64,000 bases of DNA from Thermoprotei archaeon (GTDB taxonomy: Archaea > Thermoproteota > Thermoprotei_A > Sulfolobales > Sulfolobaceae): NCBI GenBank assembly GCA_049973945.1, contig JBMFJH010000005.1, forward strand, positions 11,441-75,440, given 5' to 3'. Position 1 is the first letter of the stretch; every line of letters starts with the position of its first letter. A model generated the notes under the pieces. That model was not told where the DNA came from. It did no database searches and saw only the letters and a program-made list of their open reading frames with translations. The position numbers were made by a program, and so were the translations under genes. Below, in pieces: positions 49,723-58,510 of this stretch.

Positions 49723-52044
49723 CTACTCCCTCTTCAGTAGCGAGTACATGTTAACAGCAGTCCTGAACTTGAGCAGGAACGAAAGGACTTTTTCCGCGTC
49801 GTCGCCGGGATAGGTCAGGAACTTCTTGTAGATCCCCTTCATCTCCTCGGCGTACTTCTCGTTCCTGGCGTTCAGGTAGGCGTAGCTGACCAGCGCCCTG
49901 TGATCCTCGCCCGCCTCGACCATCGACCCTATCTGGTAGAGCTTGTAGAGGTAAGCGCTCGGCACCTTGTCCCCGATGTTCTTAGCGACAGTTAGGAACT
50001 CCTCGGCCTCCTCCCAGCTGAGCGAGGTCAGCTCCTTACTCCCCTCCCTGTACTTCTCGAAGATGTTGCTCGCCACCCTGCCCCCGCTCCCCGTCCTCTC
50101 AGCCTTCGCTAAGGCCTCGTACTCCCTAGCGAAGGAGTAGGCGTAGGCTATGGGGTACTTCTTCTTGAAGACGAACACTCCCCCGGAGACCGAGATCGAC
50201 GGTATTACCCTTCTGACCAGCTTCGAGAGGCGGACGAGGAGCTCGAAGGCCTCGTCCCACTTCCCGTAGACCGCCAGGTCGTCTCCCCCGGAGTAGAGTA
50301 TCACGACCGGGGCCCCCTGGCCAGTCCTATCGGTGACCTCCCTCACCACTACGTGCGCGAAGGCGAAGTCCAACAGGGTCGAGAACGTCATGAACCTGCC
50401 GGGGAAGGCGGAGAGCCTCTTGGCGATCTCGCCTATCCTGTCCCCGTCCGTCACCCCCAGGGCGAGGTAATTGCCGAGCTCGTCGAGGCTCTTGAACCTA
50501 CCCCCCTCGTCCACGGGGTGGTAGGTGCTCAGGGTGATGTAGCCGAAGCTGACCCCCTCCTCTGCCAGCTCCTCGAGGACGAAGTTCGTGGTGTCGTTGA
50601 CCGCGAACACCCTTATCCTCTTTGCGACGTCTTTCTTGGTCTGGATCAGGCTCTTCAAGAACGCGACGTCTTTCCTGTTGCCTGTCGTGCCCTTCCTGGA
50701 CTCGTCCCCTCTCACGTTGTGGACTAACAGGAAGCCCACGTTCAGAGGCTCTATGTAGATCTCGCCGACGTTGTCCCTGTAGGCGTTCTCCCCCCTCGCC
50801 CCGTCCTTGTACACCACCTCTATCACGTAGTCCAGGTTCCTCGTCGAGTGGCCGACGATCAGGGAGATCAGGTTCATCTCCGAGATGTACTGCGGCCTTC
50901 CTGTTTCGGCGCGGGGCGTAACCTCGCCGGCGGTCAGCGTCTCTATCCCCTCTACCTTATCGACCTCGTAGTACCTGGGGCTCAGGTCGCCGAAGTAGTC
51001 GACCTTGACGTCCTTAGTCACGGAGGGTCTGCCGACTGTCCGGAGGTTCTTGAAGGCTTCGTCCAGAGCCCTCTGGAAGTCCCTGTCCTCCTCGTTCTCG
51101 CTGTATATCTTCATCTTCGCCACTTCTATTTCCCCGCTGAGCGAGTAGGCGAACTGGAGCTCGTAAGCGCTCCACTCCTCGAGGTCGGTCAGCACTTTCT
51201 CTACGTCTTTCACCTTCTTCTCGTCCAGGCCACAGGCCACGAATATCAGCTTGCCCGGTTCGAAGGATATGTTGTGCAACGAGGTCAGTCCCAGGACTTC
51301 GGCGAGCTTGTCCGTCAGGGCCCTCTGGAGCAGCTGGAGGAAGAAGCTCCTCCCCCTCAGCCTCTTGGAGGTCTCCGCCTCCCCCTTCACGTTGGTCAGG
51401 AACCTCTGGATCCCCTTGACGTCGATCAAGAGGAGCCTCACCTTCTGGCAGACGGAGAGTGGGGCGGCCAGCCTGCTGTGGCCGTAGAGCGTCGTATTGG
51501 GCACAGCTTGGTAAACAGCTGCCGGCACCAGCAACGCGACCGTCCTGTATATGTAGTCGTAGGTCTCGAGGAGGCTCAGTGGGTCCTTTATCTTCTTGGC
51601 CTTTTCGGCCAGGCTCTTGAGTACCTCCTCGATCTTCTTGTAGCTCACGAAGGCCTCGCTCATTTTCCTAGTCCCGTAGCTTTCAGGGCGCGCGTTGAAG
51701 TCTATGTAAGTCACGGGGTACCAGACCTCCTTGTCCCGCAGTTTGTCCAGGTCGTTTGGGCTCACGTCTAGGACGGGGTCTAGCAGGGGGGTCGTGAAGG
51801 GCTGTTGGGGGCCGGCCTCGGTTCCTATCCTCTCGGAGGCCGACGCGTAGTCCGCTACCCTCCACTTCCCCTCCTTGAATATCTTGACGTACTCCTCGCC
51901 CAGGTAGTCCTGAAGGAAGTCACACGTCAGTCTGTCGTGTTCGTGGAAGTCGCCTTCAAGGACGCACCTCGGCCTCTCCCCGGCCCTTTGCAGTATTTTC
52001 CCCACGTCGTGGAGCAGGGTGACCAGTATCAGCTTCGCGTCCAT
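49723..52044 (-). CDS. cas10: Cas10 (type III large subunit) with HD and GGDD motifs
   Basis: N-terminal HD (LLHDVGK, H12-D13, later HEHD); Palm-1-like LLLIDVKGIQRFL; cyclase motif ILYSGGDDLAVYG; 773 aa. Confidence 0.9.
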   Translation of the reverse strand: MDAKLILVTLLHDVGKILQRAGERPRCVLEGDFHEHDRLTCDFLQDYLGEEYVKIFKEGKWRVADYASASERIGTEAGPQQPFTTPLLDPVLDVSPNDLDKLRDKEVWYPVTYIDFNARPESYGTRKMSEAFVSYKKIEEVLKSLAEKAKKIKDPLSLLETYDYIYRTVALLVPAAVYQAVPNTTLYGHSRLAAPLSVCQKVRLLLIDVKGIQRFLTNVKGEAETSKRLRGRSFFLQLLQRALTDKLAEVLGLTSLHNISFEPGKLIFVACGLDEKKVKDVEKVLTDLEEWSAYELQFAYSLSGEIEVAKMKIYSENEEDRDFQRALDEAFKNLRTVGRPSVTKDVKVDYFGDLSPRYYEVDKVEGIETLTAGEVTPRAETGRPQYISEMNLISLIVGHSTRNLDYVIEVVYKDGARGENAYRDNVGEIYIEPLNVGFLLVHNVRGDESRKGTTGNRKDVAFLKSLIQTKKDVAKRIRVFAVNDTTNFVLEELAEEGVSFGYITLSTYHPVDEGGRFKSLDELGNYLALGVTDGDRIGEIAKRLSAFPGRFMTFSTLLDFAFAHVVVREVTDRTGQGAPVVILYSGGDDLAVYGKWDEAFELLVRLSKLVRRVIPSISVSGGVFVFKKKYPIAYAYSFAREYEALAKAERTGSGGRVASNIFEKYREGSKELTSLSWEEAEEFLTVAKNIGDKVPSAYLYKLYQIGSMVEAGEDHRALVSYAYLNARNEKYAEEMKGIYKKFLTYPGDDAEKVLSFLLKFRTAVNMYSLLKRE

Positions 52045-52049
52045 CTAGG

Positions 52050-53060
52050 TCACCCGACGCACAGCCTCGCCCAACCGACCCCTACGGAGTCGATCAGCTT
52101 GACCGTGCTGTCGTCCCAGAAGTGTTCCGTCACCTTTGTCATGACCTTGCTCCTAAGGCTCTCCAAGTCGGGTGGCAGCGGGATCGTCTTCGCCTTGTGG
52201 CCGGTGAACATGCCTACTTTCACAGGGAAGCAGTTGCCCTCGACCTTCAGGGTGTCGAGGAACTTCCTGTACTCCTGGAACTTTGACGCGGCCTTCAACT
52301 TCTCCTTCTCCGAGGAGACCACGCGCTCGCTGTAGGCCTTGAGGGCGCTCACTATCGCGTCCTTGTTCACCAAGTCGTCCAGCGCCTTGAGCTGGGCGTT
52401 CACGCCGTAGTTCTGAGGCTGTACTACCTTCACGTCGTAGGTCAGCGTCCCTCTGTCGAGGGTTATCGCGTAGGCCTGGGTGGAGAAGCTCCCCACGAGT
52501 TCTGAGACCTTGATTAGGCGGAGGGAGAGGGAGAAGCCCTTGACCTCCGGGTCGCTGATCAAAAGCCTGCTGAAAGCGTCGTAGTTGTACGTGCCCCTCC
52601 CGAACTGCAGCCTCCTCTTTAGGAGGAGCTCCACCGGGCCTCCCACTTCCTTCACTCTCTTAGGTATCTGGTGTTTCGGCAACCTCATGAGCTCCTCCAA
52701 GTTCGAGCGCACCTCCTCGTACACGTCCTTGTTGACCATCCTGCTGAGCACGGCTGTCCTGATAAGCCCCTTGACGGTCGACGCGGGTATCAGGTTCTCG
52801 TTAATCATGAGTATCCTGTCGGGCGCGGGGGAGGTGGAGGGGGTGGAGAAAACCAGTTTGAAGCCCCTGACCTCCCTCGCGAACTCCTCCCTGAATACGT
52901 CGCTCAGGGCCTTGACCTTCCCCATGGCCTTGAAGGGGTCGGCGACTATTAGCCTCTCGCCTACCAGCTCGAAGTCGGCCCCTCTGTACAGCGTCTCCCC
53001 GCTCCACACGAAGACGGGGGTGATCGGTGAGACTTCTATGGTGAAGGACTCCTTGATCAT
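52050..53060 (-). CDS. csm5: RAMP protein, Csm5-like (Cas7 group)
   Basis: SPITPVFVWSGETLYRGADFELVGERLIVADPFK, IPASTVKGLIRTAVL (G-rich-loop equivalent), LLISDPEV, KVGMFTGHKAKT, C-terminal VGVGWARL. Confidence 0.65.
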   Translation of the reverse strand: MIKESFTIEVSPITPVFVWSGETLYRGADFELVGERLIVADPFKAMGKVKALSDVFREEFAREVRGFKLVFSTPSTSPAPDRILMINENLIPASTVKGLIRTAVLSRMVNKDVYEEVRSNLEELMRLPKHQIPKRVKEVGGPVELLLKRRLQFGRGTYNYDAFSRLLISDPEVKGFSLSLRLIKVSELVGSFSTQAYAITLDRGTLTYDVKVVQPQNYGVNAQLKALDDLVNKDAIVSALKAYSERVVSSEKEKLKAASKFQEYRKFLDTLKVEGNCFPVKVGMFTGHKAKTIPLPPDLESLRSKVMTKVTEHFWDDSTVKLIDSVGVGWARLCVG

Positions 53061-53078
53061 CCCTCGCTTGACCTCTCC

Positions 53079-54017
53079 TCAGGACTGCTGCGTGATTAGC
53101 TTGATGAGGTTGTCGATCTCTTTGGCCAGCTCTTCGACGGAGTTCAGCGGCTTTTCCTTGAACTTCGTCTCCTTGTTAGCCTGAGGGTCGTAGACTGAGA
53201 CGTCTATACTGGTGAACTCCACCCTCCCGTATCCCCTCGAGCCGTAGGCCCCCAAGTAGGTCTTCTCCAACAGCGTCATACCCTTCGTCAGGAGGTTCAG
53301 GAACTCCTTAACCGAGTTCGCGTTCTTATCGAAGACTAAGAGCGAGATCGTGCCGGTGAACGGCACCCCGGGCTTAACCCTGCTGACTTCCCTTGGATCG
53401 GCGGCCGACGTGACCCTGTCTATCCTGTTCTCGCCCTTGTCCTCTATGAAGTCGTCGAAGGTGACAAGGCCGTTCCTCTTGTAGATGTCGCAGACGTACC
53501 CCTTAGAGGGGAACAAGTCCTCCACCAACAGGGCCGTCGGCGTCAACACCTTCAGCAGCTCAGCCAACTCCTGCTTGTTCTTTAGCCCGTCCTGCAGTTC
53601 CCTTATGGGGAAGGCGCCGTAGCCGAAGAGCCTGTCCAACGGGGTGTCCTTCAGCGCCTTGACGAACTCCTCGTCGGTTATCCTCGTCCCCGCCAAGTCC
53701 TTGAATATCCCCCTAGCCATTATGTGGGCCCATATCTTCCTGTCGGACGAGTAGAGCGGTAACCCGAGGGCGACCTCCAGCAACGACCTCATTCTCCCCT
53801 TCAGCGACGAACCGGGGATATAGGGCACCCTGACCGTGATCTTCTTGTTTTGATCGCCCTCGCAGGCGTACTCCCTCTCAACGCTCATCGGCTCTATGTC
53901 GGAGCCCCCGATGCGGCCCAAAGCCCTGCCGCCCGAGATCAGCAGGCCAGTCTTAGTCGTAAGTTCGACGTTGAGCCTCACGATCTTGAGTAGCTTTAGC
54001 GAGAGCTGGCTGGACAC
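53079..54017 (-). CDS. csm3: RAMP backbone subunit, Csm3/Cmr4-like (Cas7)
   Basis: GLLISGGRALGRIGGSDIEP and VPYIPGSSLKGRMRSLLE motifs; 312 aa. Confidence 0.8.
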   Translation of the reverse strand: MSSQLSLKLLKIVRLNVELTTKTGLLISGGRALGRIGGSDIEPMSVEREYACEGDQNKKITVRVPYIPGSSLKGRMRSLLEVALGLPLYSSDRKIWAHIMARGIFKDLAGTRITDEEFVKALKDTPLDRLFGYGAFPIRELQDGLKNKQELAELLKVLTPTALLVEDLFPSKGYVCDIYKRNGLVTFDDFIEDKGENRIDRVTSAADPREVSRVKPGVPFTGTISLLVFDKNANSVKEFLNLLTKGMTLLEKTYLGAYGSRGYGRVEFTSIDVSVYDPQANKETKFKEKPLNSVEELAKEIDNLIKLITQQS

Positions 54018-54018
54018 C

Positions 54019-54429
54019 TCATCCCACCTCCTTCGCCACCACGGCGAGGCTGTCTATCAGAAGCCTGGCTTTCCTTATTAGGATCTTGACCTCCTTCTGA
54101 GGGGCGTTCAGAAGGTCGTTTATCATGTCGATGAGGATCTTCTTGAGGTCGTCGTAAATCTGACCCCTCACGTTTTGGTACTCTATTATCAGGTAAGCCC
54201 TCGGGAGTTGCTCCTTCAGGAACTTCACCGCCTCCTCATCTTTCATGCCCTCGGCAGTGTCCAGGATCGTCGCCAGCATCTCATGGATCTTCCTGTAAGA
54301 GGACTCCGACCTTATTTGCCTCAAGAAGTAATCGTGGTTTCTTTCTAACACCGTCCTCACTATGTCCATGGGCTCTTGGCTCTTTATCGATATACTAACT
54401 TGAGGCCTCGGGTTTGGCCTCTGAGACAT
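54019..54429 (-). CDS. probable small subunit (Cas11; Csm2/Cmr5-like)
   Basis: 136-aa all-helical-looking protein, first gene of the operon, 1-nt gap to the Cas7 gene; assignment by size and position only. Confidence 0.5.
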   Translation of the reverse strand: MSQRPNPRPQVSISIKSQEPMDIVRTVLERNHDYFLRQIRSESSYRKIHEMLATILDTAEGMKDEEAVKFLKEQLPRAYLIIEYQNVRGQIYDDLKKILIDMINDLLNAPQKEVKILIRKARLLIDSLAVVAKEVG

Positions 54430-54530
54430 GGCTGAGTCTTGAAAAGGGAAAATGATATTATAAATTTTGTAAGGTTAACGACGTATGTGACGCCCCACTT
54501 TATGCTAACGTTCATTCGCGTCGTGTTACT

Positions 54531-55022
54531 CTAGTTAACAGTACATATGACGAAGTTACAGTTCGGGCAATTCAGGTTATCGCATTTAAGATTGTCCGTC
54601 ACTCCATCGTGTATGGAGCGTTCTCCGTGTTCGCCACACTTAATTGTGGTGTTTGCCTTCATAGATGCGATTATGTCGCCGCTAGAGGCGTCGCACATGC
54701 AACAATAAGCTTTGTGAATGTCACAGATAACGAATCTATTGCAGTTTTTAGAGCCGTCATTACATTCTATTATCGATGAATTAGTTCTGAACAAATTAGT
54801 CCTGAAAGTGAGATAACCGACGATCTCGTTGATTAATCGTGTAATGTTTTCCCCTAACTTCACACTTTTATCCCACGCTACTATCAAAATTACTTTTTCA
54901 TCTTTCCTCAAGCGCTTACTAAACAATTCCTTTTTCAGTGTTCCTAAAAGCCCTTCATTTTTACAGTACTCTACACAATAGAATATTCCTACTAGGTCTA
55001 TGTACACTTTCCTTACGCTCAT
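54531..55022 (-). CDS. Cys-rich protein (putative multi-zinc-finger C-terminus), partner of the ATPase
   Basis: ATG 55022 overlaps the ATPase stop as ATGA. About 16 Cys in the last 90 aa (CNDGSKNCNRFVICDIHKAYCCMCD .. CGEHG .. CDNLNCPNCNFVIC). AT-rich codon usage. Confidence 0.6.
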   Translation of the reverse strand: MSVRKVYIDLVGIFYCVEYCKNEGLLGTLKKELFSKRLRKDEKVILIVAWDKSVKLGENITRLINEIVGYLTFRTNLFRTNSSIIECNDGSKNCNRFVICDIHKAYCCMCDASSGDIIASMKANTTIKCGEHGERSIHDGVTDNLKCDNLNCPNCNFVICTVN

Positions 55023-55972
55023 AGCAACACGCCCGACAGACTGAAGCCCGGTATGTACCAACCCTCTTTCAGCGTAGACAGAGTAACTTTGTTACGCTCT
55101 CTGGTCATCACGTATGCAGTCACCAGGTTGCTAGAGCGCATGACGCCTTTGTAGAAGTCCCAGCTGTGGGTGGTCGCAATGATGTACAAGTTCTCCGAGC
55201 TGGATGCTAGGCGTTGTGCCACTCTGCCCAGCGTGTAGGCGAAGCTCGGGTAAGCGAAGGCCTCGGGCTCGTCGAGTAATAGCAAGACCTTCTCCTTCTT
55301 GCTCAACGCGTACGAATATATCATGGCGGTCAGGGCGAGAGCCGAGTAGAACGAGGGCGGGAGCTTCGTAACGCTTCGACCTTCGTTTCCGAAGACGTCT
55401 CTCCACTCTATCCCTTCAGGTGTGACGGAAATCCTCAGAGGCATTAAATACTTCACCTCCTCCTCGTGACCCGCCTCCTTCGCCTCTTTAGACACCTCCG
55501 CGACCTCGCCCTCCACCAACCTCATAGCCTCATACAAGTCCTCGTCCCTGGATCGTGAGCGGACATAAAACAGCCTCAGTATCCCCGATACGTCTTTCCC
55601 GATCTTTGAAAGTCTCGTCAATTCTAAGTTCTTCTCCCCTACCTCCTCCGCCTCCCTGAAGTAATCCTTGTACTTGTCGTAGATGTAGTAGGTTATGGCG
55701 TACGGGTCTAAATACACCGCGTCGTCGAAGTTCTCGTTAACGCTACACTCCTTTATCGGCTCTGTCTCCACGCTCAAGTCGTACTTGTTCCCGGTGATAG
55801 AGTGAAAGATACACCTCAAGAGCACGGACTTCCCGGCCACGTTAGGGCCTACTATCAGAGTTATTCTATTCGCCTCCAATGTGGCCTTGAGCTCGACCGG
55901 CTCGCTTATGTTAGCCGTTATCTTCACGAGTTCAGTCCTTTGTATTGAAATATATAGCTTCGTATCACACAC
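55019..55972 (-). CDS. ABC/SMC-like (AAA_15/AAA_21-type) ATPase
   Basis: Walker A IVGPNVAGKS, signature-like LPPSFYSALAL, Walker B VLLLLDEPEA, H-loop ATTHS; 317 aa; AT-rich codon usage. Confidence 0.8.
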   Translation of the reverse strand: MCDTKLYISIQRTELVKITANISEPVELKATLEANRITLIVGPNVAGKSVLLRCIFHSITGNKYDLSVETEPIKECSVNENFDDAVYLDPYAITYYIYDKYKDYFREAEEVGEKNLELTRLSKIGKDVSGILRLFYVRSRSRDEDLYEAMRLVEGEVAEVSKEAKEAGHEEEVKYLMPLRISVTPEGIEWRDVFGNEGRSVTKLPPSFYSALALTAMIYSYALSKKEKVLLLLDEPEAFAYPSFAYTLGRVAQRLASSSENLYIIATTHSWDFYKGVMRSSNLVTAYVMTRERNKVTLSTLKEGWYIPGFSLSGVLL

Positions 55973-56083
55973 GGGTAGCCGTTCCGAAGTTAACGGACTT
56001 GGGCTCGACTGCAGTCAGTATTACCTTCAGCGACTCTTGCAACGCGAGGAAAAAGATAAGAACCGAGGGCGGAATCAGACTTA

Positions 56084-56929
56084 ATGAAGTTAATAACGGT
56101 CAGGTTCGTCTCGCCCTTCAAGATTGGCGAGAGGGAGGACTACGTCGATGCCGTAACGCTGTACAGGGCCTTCATTAAGGCCTTGGCCATGCTGGGAGAG
56201 AGCTTCAGTGAGATAATGGAGGGAAAGGTCAAGTTCTCCTCCATGTTCCCCGTCATAAACGGCACTCTCTACGTCAAGACCCCCTATAGGAAGGTCGAGT
56301 GCAAGGACAGGGAAAAGGATAAGAGGCTGAGGAGGATCGGCTTCATCAGGGTTGATGTCCTCAAGAAGGCGGAGCCCCCGTACACCTTCAGGTGTAGGGA
56401 GAACAGCGACGAGATATACGTCCAGGACTACAATAACCAAGAGTTCGCGCTGAAGGGGTCGGACTACCTTGAGTCCCACGGGAGGACGATCGTCGAGTAC
56501 AAGAACAGGATCGACAGGGTCAACCACTCGGCGGACATCTACTCCACTCCATCGTTCATGCCGGCATACGACATGGGCTTCTTGGCCACCGAGTGGAACG
56601 GCAAGCTCGAGAGGGCCTTGAGGCTGTTGGAGAAGTTGGGGATAGGGAAGGACAGGAACCTGGGCTACGGGAAGTTCGTGGTCAAGGGGGTCACGGACTT
56701 CGATATAAGCCTAAGCTGGAGGTACAAGTACGTCACGGGGAAGGCTTACACCGAGGGCGACTTCCTCGCGGAGAGGTTCGACAGGGCCCAGATAATAGGC
56801 GGGGACGTGAGTCCCGTCTTCTTCCCGATATTCGTCCTGTTGCCCCCCGGCTCGCTGGTCAAGGAGACGAAGAGGTTGGTGGAGAGGCGGGACGACAACG
56901 TGGTGATCGTCGACCCCATAGCTCTGTGA
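56084..56929 (+). CDS. csm4: RAMP protein, Csm4/Csx10-like (Cas5 group, Cas10 partner)
   Basis: MKLITVRFVSPFKIGEREDYVDAVTLYRAFIKALAML (Csm4-type N-terminus) and C-terminal LGIGKDRNLGYGKFVV glycine-rich loop. Confidence 0.7.
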   Translation: MKLITVRFVSPFKIGEREDYVDAVTLYRAFIKALAMLGESFSEIMEGKVKFSSMFPVINGTLYVKTPYRKVECKDREKDKRLRRIGFIRVDVLKKAEPPYTFRCRENSDEIYVQDYNNQEFALKGSDYLESHGRTIVEYKNRIDRVNHSADIYSTPSFMPAYDMGFLATEWNGKLERALRLLEKLGIGKDRNLGYGKFVVKGVTDFDISLSWRYKYVTGKAYTEGDFLAERFDRAQIIGGDVSPVFFPIFVLLPPGSLVKETKRLVERRDDNVVIVDPIAL

Positions 56930-57060
56930 GTACCTTCGATTGACCGAAACGCCCGCCCTTTGCGTCTTTAGGCTTTAGCGTTAGACGTCCTTCCACTTCC
57001 TCGCTCCCCTGACTAACGAGTTCGCACCGTCGGGCTTCGTGGGAGTTAAGCCGGTGCGGT

Positions 57061-58236
57061 TCAACCTTCCTCGCCCTGCCCCGCCCTGAACAGCTCCTGG
57101 GCTATTTCCACAAGCTCCTTTGGGCCGAGGCTCAAGTCCCCGTACTCCGGGGGCCTCTCCCTCAGGCTCACGAGCCCCACCTTCTCCGCCACCCTGCCCA
57201 TCCTCTTCACCGCCTCCCTAGCCTCCGACTCGCTGAACTCCCCGACCTTCACCTCGAAGGCCCATACCGGCTTCCTCCCCTTGACTATCACCACGTCTAT
57301 GTCCTCCCTGGGCGAGTAGTGCAGTACCCCGCCGAAGTGCCTGGCCAGCATCTCCCCCACGCTGAACTGTACTTCCCTGCCTATGGGTAGCTCCCTGACC
57401 TCGACCTCCCTCTCGCCCACCGCGTACTTCGCTTCTGCGTAGAGGGTCAGGGAGAGGGCCGGCGACCTGACGCTGTAGTAGTTCTCCCTGGAGAGTGTGG
57501 GGATTTTCTGGGCCAGCCCCATCCTCACGAGTTTGTTGACTACCGAGGAGACCGTGGCCTCCCCGCCCTTTGGCTGTATCACCCCGGCTATCTCGGAGGT
57601 CTTCCAGACCCCCTCCCCCAGCAGGAGCAGCGTCCTGTAGTAGACGTCGGTGAGCTGCCTCTCCTCCTCCTTGAACACCTCCCCGATCAGCCCCTTCGAT
57701 ATCAGGGCGAACTCCTTCACCCTCCCGACGAACTCCTCGTAGCCGTCGACCAGGGGGATCACCCAGGGGTCCCTGTACAACGCGGAGAGGACTGGGTTCT
57801 CGACCTGGGCCAGGACGTCCTCGTAGGAGATGATGTCCACCTCGAGCGGGGTGAAGAGGCCGAGGAGGGGGCTGTTCCTGTCGAAGACCTTGCTGACTAT
57901 CCCGTAGCTCGACCCGACCAACACGAGCACCCCGTCCCTGTCCCAGGTGCTTATTACGGACCAGTAGACCTCGGGGAGCCTCTGGAACTCGTCTATCACT
58001 GCGACTCCTCCCCTGCGGAGCGCGGCCTTGGCCTCGCGAAGGGCCTCCTCCACCTTCATGACCTCGTCGTCGAGGGTCACGGCGTTGCCCGGGTCGGCTA
58101 TGAGCGCGTAGAAGTCGAACTTGAGGTTCCTCCTTACGAGGGTGCTCTTCCCGGTCTTCCTCCTGCCGTAAATCAAAGTCCAGTTCTTTATCGCCCTTAT
58201 CCTCGCCTCTTCCCGTCTCTTGAGATATAGTCTCAC
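57061..58236 (-). CDS. archaeal ATPase (Arch_ATPase + DUF234-type C-terminus)
   Basis: Walker A IYGRRKTGKSTLV, Walker B VAVIDEFQRL, SPLLGLF motif, C-terminal wHTH plus restriction-endonuclease-like tail (DIDVVIV..WAFEVK). Confidence 0.8.
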   Translation of the reverse strand: MRLYLKRREEARIRAIKNWTLIYGRRKTGKSTLVRRNLKFDFYALIADPGNAVTLDDEVMKVEEALREAKAALRRGGVAVIDEFQRLPEVYWSVISTWDRDGVLVLVGSSYGIVSKVFDRNSPLLGLFTPLEVDIISYEDVLAQVENPVLSALYRDPWVIPLVDGYEEFVGRVKEFALISKGLIGEVFKEEERQLTDVYYRTLLLLGEGVWKTSEIAGVIQPKGGEATVSSVVNKLVRMGLAQKIPTLSRENYYSVRSPALSLTLYAEAKYAVGEREVEVRELPIGREVQFSVGEMLARHFGGVLHYSPREDIDVVIVKGRKPVWAFEVKVGEFSESEAREAVKRMGRVAEKVGLVSLRERPPEYGDLSLGPKELVEIAQELFRAGQGEEG

Positions 58237-58510
58237 GGGACTAGTCTAATGAGACTAGTATAAAAAGACTGGATGAAACGAGACCAGACGCGGTGCCGAG
58301 TGCTCTCGAACAACGAGGTGAGGACGCCGTCGAACGGTTCGCGGCTTTACAGCCCTCACGGGACGGGCGAAAGGTTCTGAAGCCGTAACGCCTCCCGAGC
58401 TCGGGTCGCCCGACGGTTACGAGGGGCGGTTGCGCTCTGGCCACGTGAGGGAAGAAAGGTTTATGGCCTGAATGGGTCTAAGTTTAACGACGCGCTCCGA
58501 CTCGGTTAGC

